A program made the translations under genes and the position numbers. From contig OX597820.1 in assembly GCA_951406725.2 (NCBI GenBank), forward strand, positions 106,516,001 to 106,580,000: a stretch of 64,000 bases of DNA. Reading direction: 5' to 3'. Numbering within the stretch: position 1 is the stretch's first letter; each line of letters begins with the position of its first letter. Shown here one piece after another: positions 26,965 through 40,129 of the stretch. The stretch comes from Octopus vulgaris. Lineage: Eukaryota. The notes under the pieces are model-generated. The model did not search any database, was not told where the DNA came from, and saw only the letters and a list, made by a program, of their open reading frames with translations.

Positions 26965-27480
26965 TTAACAAAGGGATAAGCAAGTTAGATCAATATATAA
27001 AGGATTTGTAAAACTGTTCCCCAACCCCTTTCATTCTCTATATCATTTGTATTCTGTGTACGTAAGACCTTATATGTAAACACATACACTTTTTGCATTT
27101 CATGTATTTAATATACTTTACAAATACTTTAATAATTATATACGTAATTATAACAAGGGATTGGCTATAAGCCCCTCCACGTGCTAGAAAAATAGATGCC
27201 TAAAGACGTTATTACCACCTTAAAAAACTCTGAAAAATAAAACATGGGCTATTTTTTTTTAGTTTTTAATGTGGTAATAGCGTCTTTAGTTACCTATTTT
27301 TCTAGCATGTGGAGAGGTTTATAGCCAATCCCATGGTATAATTATTCAAGTATTTGTAAAATTTATGTATAAGGTTTTTATTTCCCTTAGTAAAATCATT
27401 TATGATTTTTACCCTTTACTATAATTTAATACACTTTATATATTGATCTATGTCTAACTTGCTTATCCCTACATTTACTT
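26965..27480. repeat. Foldback/palindromic element, about 500 bp
   Basis: GGGATTGGCTATAA...CTAGAAAAATAG...TAAAGACGTTATTACCAC (27157-27228) mirrors 27261-27335. Outer arms GGGATAAGCAAGTTAGA / TCTAACTTGCTTATCCC. Confidence 0.8.
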
Positions 27481-27849
27481 ATACAGCTATCTTAGGTCCT
27501 TGCAGTGTATAAAGATAGGGTATTTCCAGAGAAGCACTCAACCTGAGTTCTGGGCTGCTATTAACACTATCAAATTCAAGACTAATACTGAAGTTTAAGT
27601 GTAGAAAATCCCTATTTCACGATAGTAAAACTGTTGTGTGAGTGTGGCAAAGAGTAAATCATAATACAAATAATATGAAAACAAAGAAATCCTCTAACAC
27701 ATCTTTAAAGATTTGTTACAATTGTTTCTGTACCAACTCTGCTTGCAATGCCAATTTGCACAAAATTTCGAAGTGAAAATTTACATAATGTTTGCAGTTT
27801 TAGATGTTAGAGTGGCACTTGATCAGACTTGCATCAAAGATGCACCGTC

Positions 27850-28110
27850 ACATAAGCAAAAAGCAATGTCTAGAAGACGCACAATGCAGCATGCAAAAGA
27901 GAAGACCATGATGGTTTGGACATGTGATGCATATGAATGAAAATAACTGTATAAAGAAGTGCTGATCACTGAAAGTGGATGGCACCTGTGAAAGAGGGAG
28001 ACTCCGGAAGATATGGAATGAAGTGGTGAGGACTGATCTCTGGATGCTGGGCCTCATGAAGGAGATGACAACGGACTGAGAAGTCTGGTGATATGAGGTT
28101 CTTGAGAAGA
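27850..28110 (+). mobile_element. Decayed 3' fragment of an RTE LINE
   Basis: Translates roughly to ...WFGHVMHMNENNCIKKC...VDGTCERGRLRKIWNEVVRTDL, the typical RTE C-terminus. Confidence 0.65.
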
Positions 28111-29151
28111 CCCACCCACTTCAGTGAAACTGAGTTCTAGAAGTGCTGTGTGTTCCACCCACACCTGACAAGAAAACTTTTCACGCACTCTACCCCAACA
28201 AACTAAACTAGATCTCTTCCTCACATTTCCTCTTTTCATACACTATGCTTATCTCTTGCTCCCCAATCCTCTCCTTACTACTCTTCTCACTGTATCATTG
28301 CTATTTTGTAATCCCCTACCCCTTGTATATACCCAGGTTTCACCAGTCACTGCATTCACCACCCCTACACTCAGTGCATCCAGGTGAAATCTCTACTCCC
28401 TACTCACACTCCATTTATATTATGATCCCCGTACCTTGAGGGTATGCCCGGGCATTTGCCATCATCTATGTCTCATTTATATTCTGAGTATGCCCTGGCA
28501 CTTTGCTACCATCTATCTCTTGCATCCTTGCTCTCTTCTACTCTCTCTCTTTCTCTTTCTTGCTCTTCATGTAGCCATGTATCTCCTCTACTGCAACACA
28601 TTCTTGATCATGCTCTCTTTCTATCTTTCTCTCTCTCTCTTTGACCAAGTAACCATGTATGGCAAGACACCTGTTTCTGTTTCTTTGTCACACTCTAACC
28701 ATTCACCATCTGGCACAAGATCACGTCCTCCAATGACCCCTCCCCTCTCAAAGGATCTTTGTCTTACAAGTTACTTGGTGACCCTGCCAGTACTGGTGCC
28801 ATGTAAAAAGCATCCAATCCATACTGTAGAGTGGTTGGCGTTTGGAAGGGCATCCAACTGTAAAAACCACGCCAAAACAGACAGTGAAGCTTGGTGAAGT
28901 CATCTGCCTAGCCAGCTCCAGTCAAACCGTCCAACCCATGCCAGCATAGAAAGCGGGCGTTAAATAATGATGATGATGACGTTTCAGCAATCAACCAAAC
29001 TATGTTTCATTGAGGCCTAATATGAGCTGAAGAATGTTGTCCAGAGTTGTCAGAATGCCAAAATTCAAACTTAAATGCATTCCATATCTAAGAAATAATC
29101 ACGGAGTTATCTCCCATCTTTTATTTTAATTCCAAATCTGTTTATTTAGAC

Positions 29152-29401
29152 CAGGAGTGGCAAATTTCTTCGTGGAATCGTTAATAGTTTAACAGCTCCA
29201 CACCATCATGTGAATTTCTAAAATGAAATTTAAAAATATAAATGAAATATTTCTTGATTTATAAATGATAATTTCTTTTGTTGTTTTGTGTCACTACTGC
29301 TTTTTAATAGTTATTTAAAGAGATTTTTTAGGTGTTCATGAACCTCTAAAATAACCTCACAGGCCCACAGGGATCAATATTAACCACTTTGCCGACCCCT
29401 C
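29152..29401. mobile_element. Possible hAT-like MITE
   Basis: Imperfect termini CAGGAGTGGCAAA / TTTGCCGACCCCTC. Confidence 0.4.
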
Positions 29402-31884
29402 AGTTACATAATTAATGTACTTCTCACTACTATCTCCAGTGGTTGAGTGTCTACCTCTGACAAAACCTAAGAAGGTCAAAATCACGTGATCTAGTAGTCT
29501 TGGTGGTGGTGATGGCAAGTGATTTATCTTCTGCTAATAATGTAAACAAGAGTGCTTATATGCACCAAATTTCCATGTGAGAAATTCTCTTATGGTAACT
29601 ATCCCAGTAATTTGTGTTCTAACACATCCAATTTTTAAGTGGGGACAAATATTACCTTTTGGTATTAATACCGCTTCTGTTACTAATAATTATTTACTAA
29701 AGCTATAATTTAATTATCTTGGCTTGCTGCCACCACAGTAAGATACTGTCTATTAAACCATGGAATAGTTTTAGATGGGTAGACTGGGCCAAAAAAAGTC
29801 AATAATTATAAGCAGTGTCCCAGCATAGCCACAGCCCTGGGGTGAAATGTATAAAAGAACATAAGAAATGTATGGTTAGAGCATCTGCTTGGTTTTTGTT
29901 TTGTTTTGCTTGTTTTTTACTCTTTTAGGAAGGGGCCAGCAGATAGACATAGGCTCTTCCTCAACTCTCAGAAGTACCCAGACAATAAAAATCAGAAGTT
30001 AAATGATGTTATATGGGATATATATTCATATATTTTATTCCACACACAATGTTATCTTTATCAATGTGGACTTTTAGGCTAGCTCCTGCAGAGGGCTAAC
30101 TGTGCCTCAGCCTAGAGCTAAATAGCATGACTATATGTCAATAATTACTATTATGCCCCAGTGGTGTTTGATCAGAGGTTAAGGACAGGTGTGAATTAAT
30201 TCTGTAATGCAGTCATTCTGTTGTTCCAGTCCCAATTTCAATTCCAACTGTTGGCCAATTTATCCCAAAGTTGTTATCTCGATATAAAATTAATGAAACA
30301 AATGTCATTTATCTCTGACATCATCAGACAAACACCAATTAAGATGGTGTGAATCAGTCAAGCTTTACCTGCTAGAAATAGCAACCCAAATGCTTTTAAA
30401 TCTGATCCCAATGATCCAAATGAAGTGCAGATTCTCAATCCTGGGATCATCCTGATTCCAGAAAGGTATAATATGTGTATGTAGAGTAATTGTAGACTGA
30501 GGTACAGGTGTCCCAGGTGGACAGGCAGAATTTCACTTTTGTGATTACAGACTGACACTTTAATTCAATGTAAAAAATTATCAATTATAGCTGTCACTAT
30601 CACAGCACAAAATGACTGTGTCAAAAATACATCAAGTTGGATTAATATTATCGTTAGCAACTGAACAATGGTGCAAACACAATGACAATATTCTGGTGGA
30701 CCAATATTCTAACCGTTTCACCCTTTCACCTCAATAAACATTTCACAAGAAATAATTTAACTTCTGTGATATATGTACACAGTTAATTTCGTAAGCAAAA
30801 AAAAAAAAATGTGATCAGAGAAACCGCAGTTGTCTCCCCTACTGTCCATTAACAAGGCTATTCTCTTAAAAGTTAAACCAACAGGTTTTCAAATTAGTTT
30901 TAGAATGCCCAGAAAAATAACTATATAGCAGTAGTGGTATGTTGAAATGGTTCGTTTTCGATTAGATAACGATGTTGGGACGGTTTTGACAGATCTAAGC
31001 TATTTGGAAGAAAATGTTTGTCTGGAAAATTTCGTTCAAGAATTCTGGCCACATTGTTCAGTGAATACATCAGCATTTTTTGAAATTTCAAGGTTAGTGT
31101 AAAGAAACACCATGAACCTTTTTATGCTGCTCTGGAGAAATTAGAAGTTTGGGGGTTCTTTTCTAAAAAATTCAACATACACTCCAGGTAAAAAAATTTT
31201 GTTTAATATTTGGCTAGTCAAACTTTAATATAAAAGATATGAATTACTATAATTCTTGTGAATATTCAAGATTTGCAGCTTATGAAATATTTCATATGAA
31301 TTATGAAATATCTAAGTCATGTGAAATTGGCAAAATGATTATTTTCATCACCACACATATAACTTTGAAACTTTCCTACTACATCAACGATATTAGCATC
31401 TATTTTATTGTAGATATTATGTTTTATCTAACATTTCCTCACCCTCAGCTCAACAGTAATCACTCATAACTCTCTCAACCATATTCTTCTTTAGTACTGG
31501 TGCCACAATAAAATGCACCCAGTGCAGTTACATGTAGGGCTGCAAAGAACTTTTAATCTTGTTGAAAATACATCAACCTTTTTAATGATGATGCCTTGAT
31601 ATCCAGCCATAGAAACCAAGCCAAAAATTAAACTTAGGAATGAAACCTAGTTCTCTGATTCATCTAAGAGAGGAAAAAAAATAATCCATTCAGCCCATGC
31701 CAGCATGGACAGTGAACATAATACAGTGACCATGGCAATAATAATGATGAAACATAAAAGTTCAAAAATAACAGGACACACACTAAAACTTAGGAAATGC
31801 AAGTAACAGGGAAAAAGAAATACAGATGTGTGTGTGTGTGTGTGCATGTGCACGCATGTATAAGGACTGAAATAATCACTGTAC

Positions 31885-31990
31885 CTAATATATTTGACAC
31901 AAAGCCCAAGATCTGCTATACAACATGTTAGGTTTTTCTTCACCAAAATATTCTTACTTTTTATGTCTCGATGAGCTAATGCAGGTTTAC
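31885..31990 (-). CDS. BMPR1: BMP type I receptor exon (catalytic loop and DLG)
   Basis: ttcaag|(G)[34 protein letters not shown](S)|gtacag. Confidence 0.95.
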
Positions 31991-33369
31991 CTTGAAGAGA
32001 ACAGAAGTAAATGTTTTTATCAATATCAACAACAATGCAAGCAACAGAAGAAGAGTAATAAAGAAAAATAATTAATAAATTAGCATCATAACAATCTAAC
32101 TATACTATCATCAAAAAATTACTGTCTCTTCCATCTGAGCCAGACAGACATGCACTCACATTTGAACTAAAACAAAATTTCTAACTTCATTAGACTAAAA
32201 CTTGGATTGTGAACATACATTTTAAAACAAAAATTCTGCCCTCTTAACATTAGATATGCTCAATTGGAAACAAAATTTCACTAATGTGGAATCTTCTATA
32301 TAGCTAACCAAGCTGTTAGAAATAATAGCCAAACCTCTCTGCCCACAGGCATCTTTAAAAAAAATTATACATTGGACAAAGTAGTTTCAGATATGCAAAA
32401 TATAAGATGGTCACAACAGTAACATGTTTGAGTTTAGGCCTGCTCAGACAGGGCTAATCTGAGGAGCTCACTGCTAGATGCATTTCAATGTACAGCAATT
32501 TACTTTTTCCTTTCTTTAACTTGGTAGATAATATCAATTACATTCACTTGCTATATGGACCATATGGATCTTTTAATGCACATATTTTAACAAAAATACT
32601 GCATCGACTTATTTTATAGCTGTTGTGCCTTTCCTGGTATTATCATCATCATCATCATCAATTAATGCCATCTGTCTTCCGTGCTGGCATGGGTTGGAAG
32701 GTTTGACAGGATCTGACAAGGCAGAGGACAATTTCAAGCTCCAATTTCTTCTTTGTTTTTTGTTTTTTTTTACAGCAAGATTCCTTTCCTAATGTCAACC
32801 ACTTTACAAAGTGTACTGGGTGCTTCTTTCATAACACCAGTACTAGTGAGGTCACCAGATAACGCACAAGACAAGACCCCTTCAAGTGAGTGGGAGTATA
32901 GGCAGAGAAGGAGGTAACATTATGCAATGACAGGTAGGTTAGATAAAAACATTAAATATCATGAGTTCTATGACTGTTAATGGAGTTAATTTTTCTGACA
33001 TTGACTGAAATAGAAAAATGTTTCAACTAATAAATAATATACATTGCTTTATGAATTTTCATGAGGAGTTTACTTTTTGATAGATTATAAAATGCTATTT
33101 TAAACAGAACTGCATTTGCACATTATTCTACTTTTACATAGTCTAATCACATCAATATTAGATATTTAAATGAAAATAGATGTCCATCTCTGAGTGTGTA
33201 TGAGAGACACAGACTGAGGTTAGTAGAATAATGTGTTTTGCTTATGGGTGTATATTAATAACCAGAGCATATGTGTAATTAAAACATTTTAACTTTACAG
33301 CTCATGTACATAAAAAAAAAAAAAGGAATCATCAAAGAGAAAAAAGAAAATTAATGAACAAGGACTAAC

Positions 33370-33549
33370 CTTTTGCTCCATATATTTCTGCATGAAGGAA
33401 TGCAAGACCTGCTACTGTTGAGTGAGCTAAGCGCATCATATCAACAGCATTCAATGTGGTTGCCCTAAGGAAATCATATAGTGACCCATGATCATGGTAG
33501 TCTGTTATGAGATATAGCTGTGTACCTTTGATATCAGCAGCTAGAAATC
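33370..33549 (-). CDS. BMPR1: BMP type I receptor exon (L45 loop, subdomains V-VIa)
   Basis: ttttag|(G)[59 protein letters not shown](G)|gttagt. Confidence 0.95.
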
Positions 33550-35395
33550 CTAAAAGACAAGAAGAGAAAGAGGAAAGGTTACTTTCATTATGTAACATAA
33601 GCCTACTCTTTATAATGAGCTCTTTCTACTGAAAGACAAGCATCTGGTGAAAAGAAAAGTGTATAATCAGCAGAATTCCAATATATGACCAGCTCTTATT
33701 TTCATCAGCTTTTTGGATTGTCCTCATCATCATTGTTTTAATGTCCACTGCTCCATGCTTGCATGCATCAGACAATTATAAATTATACTGTGCTCCTGGT
33801 GTCAACAGTGATGTGCTATGATTAGGGTTGAGGATGTTCTAGTATTTGGCAATTTTAGTGTTTCTGATTTGGTACAGAATCCGTTTAACATAAAATGTAA
33901 CAACTGATTTTTGCTACTTGGGTATGGAACATTGCAGAAACTAAAACAAAAAAGTATAAAAATGCTCATAATTACCAAATTAAAAACTAAAACTATTTTG
34001 TTATAGATACAGAGAAAATCATTTCTGCTTTATGTCATAAGAAGAGAGATAACCCAATTTCTTCACTTACATTTTCATTTACTTAACTATTTTTCTCTCA
34101 AATTGTGTGTTATATGTGTTCAGGTCTTGCTTTGAGCATTGCGTTGTACTTTTTTTTTATTCTTGTTGAGTTTGCAGGAAGGTTCAGTGCCCATAACGTT
34201 CGTTGACCATCCAAGACCAGAGAGCTTGATGCTGCTAATGTTTCATTTAAACTACTGCAGGTCAAGACCTGCTGGCAAAATAACATGAACAGGGAGATTC
34301 TAGAGGGATGATGGTGCGGGGAGAGAGGAGTGGGGTAATAATAATGGTTTATGTGGGGATGAGGGGGTTGAATGCACCAAGACTGAGAAGAGATGGAAAG
34401 ACAAGTGGATTGCAAGTATTTGAGTGGTGGATGTATGGAACAGAGGCTATTAGATACAATGCAATACACATATGCATACACAAAGTGCATGCATGTGGGT
34501 GTGTGCATTTGTGTGTAAGTGAGAGTGTGCATGCCTTCAGTGCCAAATCATCCATATCCAATCAACCCAAACAATCTATATCATCCATAGCACCTGTTTT
34601 ACAACTATGGTGTACTGGGCCATGAATATAATGAAGTGTCAGTGAAGCCTCCAACAGCTGCTGCTATTCTTTTATAATAAATACAATAAGAAAAACAAAA
34701 TTAAAATACAAGGTACTACTTTAGTCCATCATGACATAGTTCTTAGCTCAGACCAGACCTGTATCAAACATTCTATCTAACACTAACAACTTTGACAATT
34801 CACCAAATAGAAGAGGGATTTAATTTTCTTTGGTGGGTACAATTTACAATCTAGTTTAAAGTCTGTAACCTAAAGCTCCACAGTTTAAGAAATAGTGAAT
34901 GGTGATATTGTCTTTGGTTTGAATACTGAGAATGTAGTTGATTTTTCAAAGAAGTTGGGGGTTTTTTTTTGTTGTTTTTTTTTTGTATAAAAGGAGAAAA
35001 ATCCACTGCAATAATTGTTTTATTTCAGTCCCTCCTAGATTGTTGACCTGCAATAGCTTAAACAAATTGTTAACTGCATCAAGGTCTCAAGTCTTGAAGG
35101 GTCAACAAAGGCTATCTTCCTGCAGATTCAACAAAAGCAAAAAAAAAAAATTTTTTTTTAAATATAAAGCAATGTTTGCAGCAAAACTTGAACATATAAC
35201 ACACACAATGAAGAGAGCAATGTATCACAATGTGTCAATAACAAAAACCTATCTCCTATAAGGTGCTCTTTTTCAGGCTTCTGAAACATGTTTCTGACTC
35301 CATCTTGTATGCTATCAAAACATCAGTTACAGAGTAATCTTGATATTTACAACAAACTATAATTTACCCATAATATGTCTTTACAAACAGCTGTA

Positions 35396-35438
<43 letters not shown>

Positions 35439-35448
<10 letters not shown>

Positions 35449-35544
35449 GAATGGAGTTGAACGATGAATTAACAAAATTCCTTTATTTTCGACATATGTT
35501 TCGAATTTTGTTAATTCGTCGTTCAACTCCATTCTTTCATATAT
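35439..35544. repeat. Near-perfect 42-bp-arm hairpin with a hammerhead 3'-half remnant in the loop
   Basis: ATATATGAAAGAATGGAGTTGAACGATGAATTAACAAAATTC mirrors 35503-35544. The loop reads CGAAAC-ATAT-GTC-GAAAATAAA on the minus strand. Confidence 0.8.
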
Positions 35545-35926
35545 TTATATTAAAAAAACACACAAATTTCCACACGAAAGCACGTAACTTCAAACATGTC
35601 TTCTCTGATGTGAATTAACCAGGTACCGGTTAACTGAATTATCCATAACAAGATAATTCATTCAACTACTCATATATATATATATATATATATATATACA
35701 TGTGTGTGTGTTCATGTATATGAAAGAAAATGGAATTAACATCATTTATTTAAAATCACTACAATTGTTTTGATGCATTCTCACACCCAGGTGAGGTGTT
35801 GTACAATCATTATTTAACACCCAAGATGTGGAATGCACTTCCTCGGGTGAATATTTAAATAGGTTCTTCATGAGATCCTCTACCCATTTCACTTGTATGT
35901 TTGTGTGTGTGTGCGTGCGTGCGCGC

Positions 35927-35977
<51 letters not shown>

Positions 35978-36695
35978 TACACTTTTGTACTTTGGAAGAG
36001 ACATGCTGCCCATAAAACATGCACACATTGGTCAAATTTCATTACAGTAGTTATATTATCAGTTAACTATATAATAAATTAATTAATTGGTATGTCTCAA
36101 AGATTTTTCTTCACACCCTGTGACCAACCATTAGATTCCATAATAGAAACTAGGAGCAAGGAGTGTGTTATAGCATGAAAGAAATATGTGAAGTCAGAGG
36201 CTGTGATGAAAGAACTTGATTAATCAATTAATATATTAATTAACCAAATGTCTAATTAACTGGTAGTAAAACTGCAACGAAACACAACCAGCAACCAGTG
36301 TGTCTGCTTTATCACCAACATGACACTCCCAGAGGATAACAATATGTGCTTCAAGAATGTTGCAAAACAAAACAAATGATGAAATGAAATGAAATGGGGA
36401 GGGGGGAGTGTGTGTGTGTGTGTGAAAATGAGCATGTATCAATGAATGTTTGTGTTTAGAAAAGTGAAATGTGTGGGTGTGAGTGAAAGACAATGTATGT
36501 GTGTGCATGCGTTAATGTGTATGAGAGAGTGAGAGAGAGATAGTGTGTGTGTGTGTGACTGACAGAGAAAATGTTTATGCATGAGATTGCATAAACACGT
36601 GCCCGGATAAATAAAATAATTGTCAACTACTAACGACAGTAATATGAGGGAGACGACCAGCTGTATATGTGTGTATAGACAGACACAGACATAAA

Positions 36696-37435
36696 TCATC
36701 ATCATCATCATTTAACGTCCGCTTTCCATGCTAGCATGGGTTGGACGATTTGACTGAGGACTGGCAAACCATATGGCTGTGTCAGGCCCCAATCTGATCT
36801 AGAAGAGTTTCTACAGCTGGATGCCCTTCCTAACGCCAACCACTCCAAGAGTGTAGTGGGTGCCTTTACGTGCCACCGGCACAAGGGCCAGTTAGGCGGC
36901 ACTAGCAACGGCCACGCTCAAAATGGTGTTTTTTACGTGCCACCTGCACAGGAGCCAGTCCAGCAGCACTGGCAACGACCTCGCTCGAATGTTTTGTTCA
37001 CGTGCCAGTAAGGTGACACTGGTAACGATCATGCTCAAATGGTGCTTTTTACATGCCACCAGCACGGAAGCCAGACAGCTGCTCTGACAGTGATCCTGCT
37101 CAGATGGAGCTGTTGGCGCTCCACTGGCACGGGTGCTAGTCATCGAATTTGGTTCAATTTCAATTTCACTTGCTCCAACAGATCTTCGCAAGCAGAGTTT
37201 AGTGTCAAATGAAGGGAGGTTGGTATGGGTGCCAGTCGTCAAATTTGGTTCGATTTTGAATTCAATTTCGATTTCACTTGCCTCAGCAGGTCTTCGCAAG
37301 CAGAGTTTTGTGTCCAAAGAAGGAAAGTTATGCATAAAGTGGGATGGCTACATCCCTGGTAAAGGTCACAGGTTATGGTCTCACTTCTCCTGCCAGGTCT
37401 TCTCACACACAGCATATTTCCAAAGGTCTCGGTCA
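36696..37435 (-). mobile_element. Long copy of the family-1 SINE-like repeat with internal tandem units
   Basis: Same tail and core as 2858-3190. Repeated ACGTGCCA units and a duplicated TCTTCGCAAGCAGAGTTT block. Confidence 0.75.
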
Positions 37436-38574
37436 CATTATTAAATACAATTTAACACAGAAAAAAAATTAGGCCTAGTGCTCTATATCTCTAGTTTCAC
37501 ACCTATTGCTTGCCAAGCAACCTTTTTACCAATTACACTACTGAGTGCCTGCCTTTTCCTCATCACACATTTAATAATATAGATAATTATACACCCTTTA
37601 ACTGTATTGTTTAATCTCTAAATGTGGCTCATTTGCTTCACAAATAATTCATTCAATCACTTAGCTGTAGCACATAATATACTGAAGTATCACACTTCTA
37701 TTTGATATTTGTGATAAGAATTAACCTTGTTAATATGGTAAAAGTTATGAATTAAAGTTTGGGAAGGGTGTCAAACAAGGAGATACCATCTCTCTACATA
37801 TGATGATCATCATCATCATTTAATGTCCATTTCCATGCTGACATAGGTTGGATGGTTTGACAGGAGCCGACCAGCTGACACACTGCTCAGGCTCCATGTC
37901 TGTTCTGACATGGTTTCTGTGGATGGATGCTCTTCCTAATACCAACCACTTTACAGAGTATACTGGGTGCTTTTATGTAGCACCAGCACCCACAAGCCTG
38001 CTAGAATCATTCAGCTGAAGAGGGATGTAGGTGATATACCTGTATGCAAGACAACCACAATTTTACTTAACTTAACAGACCTTCTCAAGCACAGCAAACT
38101 GCCAGAAGTCTTAGTCCCTTGTCATCTCCATGAGACCCAATGTTTGAAGATCCTTTCTCACCACTTTGTCCTACATCTTTCTGGGTCTACCCCTTTCACA
38201 TGTTCCCATCACAATTAGAGATTGGCACTTCTTTATGCAGCTGTCCTGATCAATACACATCACATGACCATAACACTACATCAAGAGCATGAGATCCAAT
38301 TGACAGAACATAAAACACATAGCACAATATAGGAGATGCTGATGAAGGGTTCATCATGTAACTAACTGAACAAATACCAAGTTAAAAGAAAAAAAAATGA
38401 ATAGTGACAGTACAGGTAGTAGGGTCCAGCTTAGCAAGAACCCAGTGGTTGGAATAAGTAAAATAGAAAAACAAGATATGTGCATAAGTACATGCACACA
38501 CACACACACACACACATACATACATACATACACACAAATATACAAGAGCCATATACCATGTTGCTTCATAATAA

Positions 38575-39830
38575 GGCTGGTAAGGAAGATTTAAGAAACT
38601 ATCGCCCCATATACCACATCACACTTCTATAAGCTGTTTACAAAGGTCATCCTCACCAGACTATCAAAACTCCTGGATGATCAGAAATTAAGGGAGCAAG
38701 TAGGTTTCTGTAAGAACTACAATACAATAGATCACATATTCACATTAACACAACTTGTAGAATGGGTGAATGACTACACACTGCTTCAGTGCTTCACTTT
38801 CATTGACTATGAAAAGGCCTTTGATAGTGTCGAGACAAATGCAGTATTATAATCTCTGGTAATGCAAGGTGTCAAGATGCAATACATCTAACTGCTCAGA
38901 GATGTGAACTCTGGATGCACCAAGATATAGCTCTGTTATTGCTACTAGTAAGAGTTCCAATTAGGAAGGGTGTCAAACAAGGAGATACCATCTCTCTACA
39001 ACTCTTCAATGCATTTCATCAGAGACATTGATTGGACAGGTGACGTGAACATCAATGGCAGCTACTAATACACCTCTGATTCACAGATGACATTATACTA
39101 ATGGCCATAACCACAGATCAGCTGGAGACTACAGTGACAGAGATGGACACTGTTGGTTCAGCAGTAGACCTTAAAACGAACCACATAAAAACAAAATACA
39201 TGCAGTCCAAAGATGTAGTGCAAGGCCAAATACGTGTAGGAAATGATGAAATCAAGGAAGTAAAGGAGAACATTTACTTAGGACACAGTAAATATGTGCC
39301 AACACATGAATGCTGAAATCTCAAAAAGAATAAGGACAAGATGGAAAACGTTTACCTCAATAAAGAATGTGCACAAAACAAAGCAGGACAAGACATGTAT
39401 GTGAGACCCTTCAATAGCACCCTCCTCCATGTGCTCTTCTATGCGAGACAGGTCAACTATGAAAATGGAAGATCATCGATTGGCTATGACACAAACGAAC
39501 ATGGAATGATCCATGCTAGGAATATCTTTTCAAGAGCATATTTGAAATGAGATAATTCAAGAATGGAATGGAGTGAACAATGTAATCACAGAATACCAAA
39601 AGCACAAGTTCTGCTGGGCTGGACATATTGCAAGGTTCAAACAACAGGTGGACCTGTGCAATTGCCAAATGGTATTCAAGAGAGCAGAAAAGGGGCTACT
39701 TGAAAGGCTTCCACAATGATGGGAAGATGATTTAGTTAAACAATTTGAGACAAGATGGAAAAGAATGGTGTAATCAAGGAAGGTTTGGAAGCACATTGCG
39801 ACCAGCAAGTCTGCTGGTCTGATGGATATG
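38575..39830 (+). mobile_element. Old 5'-truncated RTE LINE (RT domain to 3' end), antisense in an intron
   Basis: KEDLRNYRP, YKLFTKVILTRL, IDHIFTL, FIDYEKAFDSVE, RKGVKQGDTIS, FTDDI, YLG, WAGHIAR, with many stops and frameshifts. Confidence 0.9.
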
Positions 39831-39936
39831 GTGATACATAAACATACATCCATACACACACTATGCATTTATGCACATAAGTGTGTATGTGCATGCATGT
39901 ATGCTTAAAAAAAAAAAAGCTGTTTGTTTTCCTTAC

Positions 39937-40129
39937 CTAATATATTATCATGTCTAAGCAGCACTGTTTGGTAAAGTTCAGTTTCTCTGAACCAACTATC
40001 TTCTTCTGTGGTAAAAAATATCTTCACTGCAACATTTTCCCCTCTCCACTTGCCTTTCCACACCTCACCATACCGACCTTTTCCTATACTCTTAATCAAA
40101 TATATTTGCTTCGCTATTGTGCGCTGAAC
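39937..40129 (-). CDS. BMPR1: BMP type I receptor exon (end of GS region, kinase I-IV)
   Basis: ttgtag|[64 protein letters not shown](G)|gtaagg. FFTTEE is characteristic of ALK3/6/Tkv. Confidence 0.97.

Noticed and set aside
33518-33525. GTACACAG as a micro-intron explaining the short L45 loop
   Set aside because: Only 8 nt, too short to splice. Removing it would shift the frame and could not add the missing residues.
39994-40020. TEEDSW instead of TEEASW
   Set aside because: This position varies among type I receptors (A/R/K/Q), so a single change is weak evidence.
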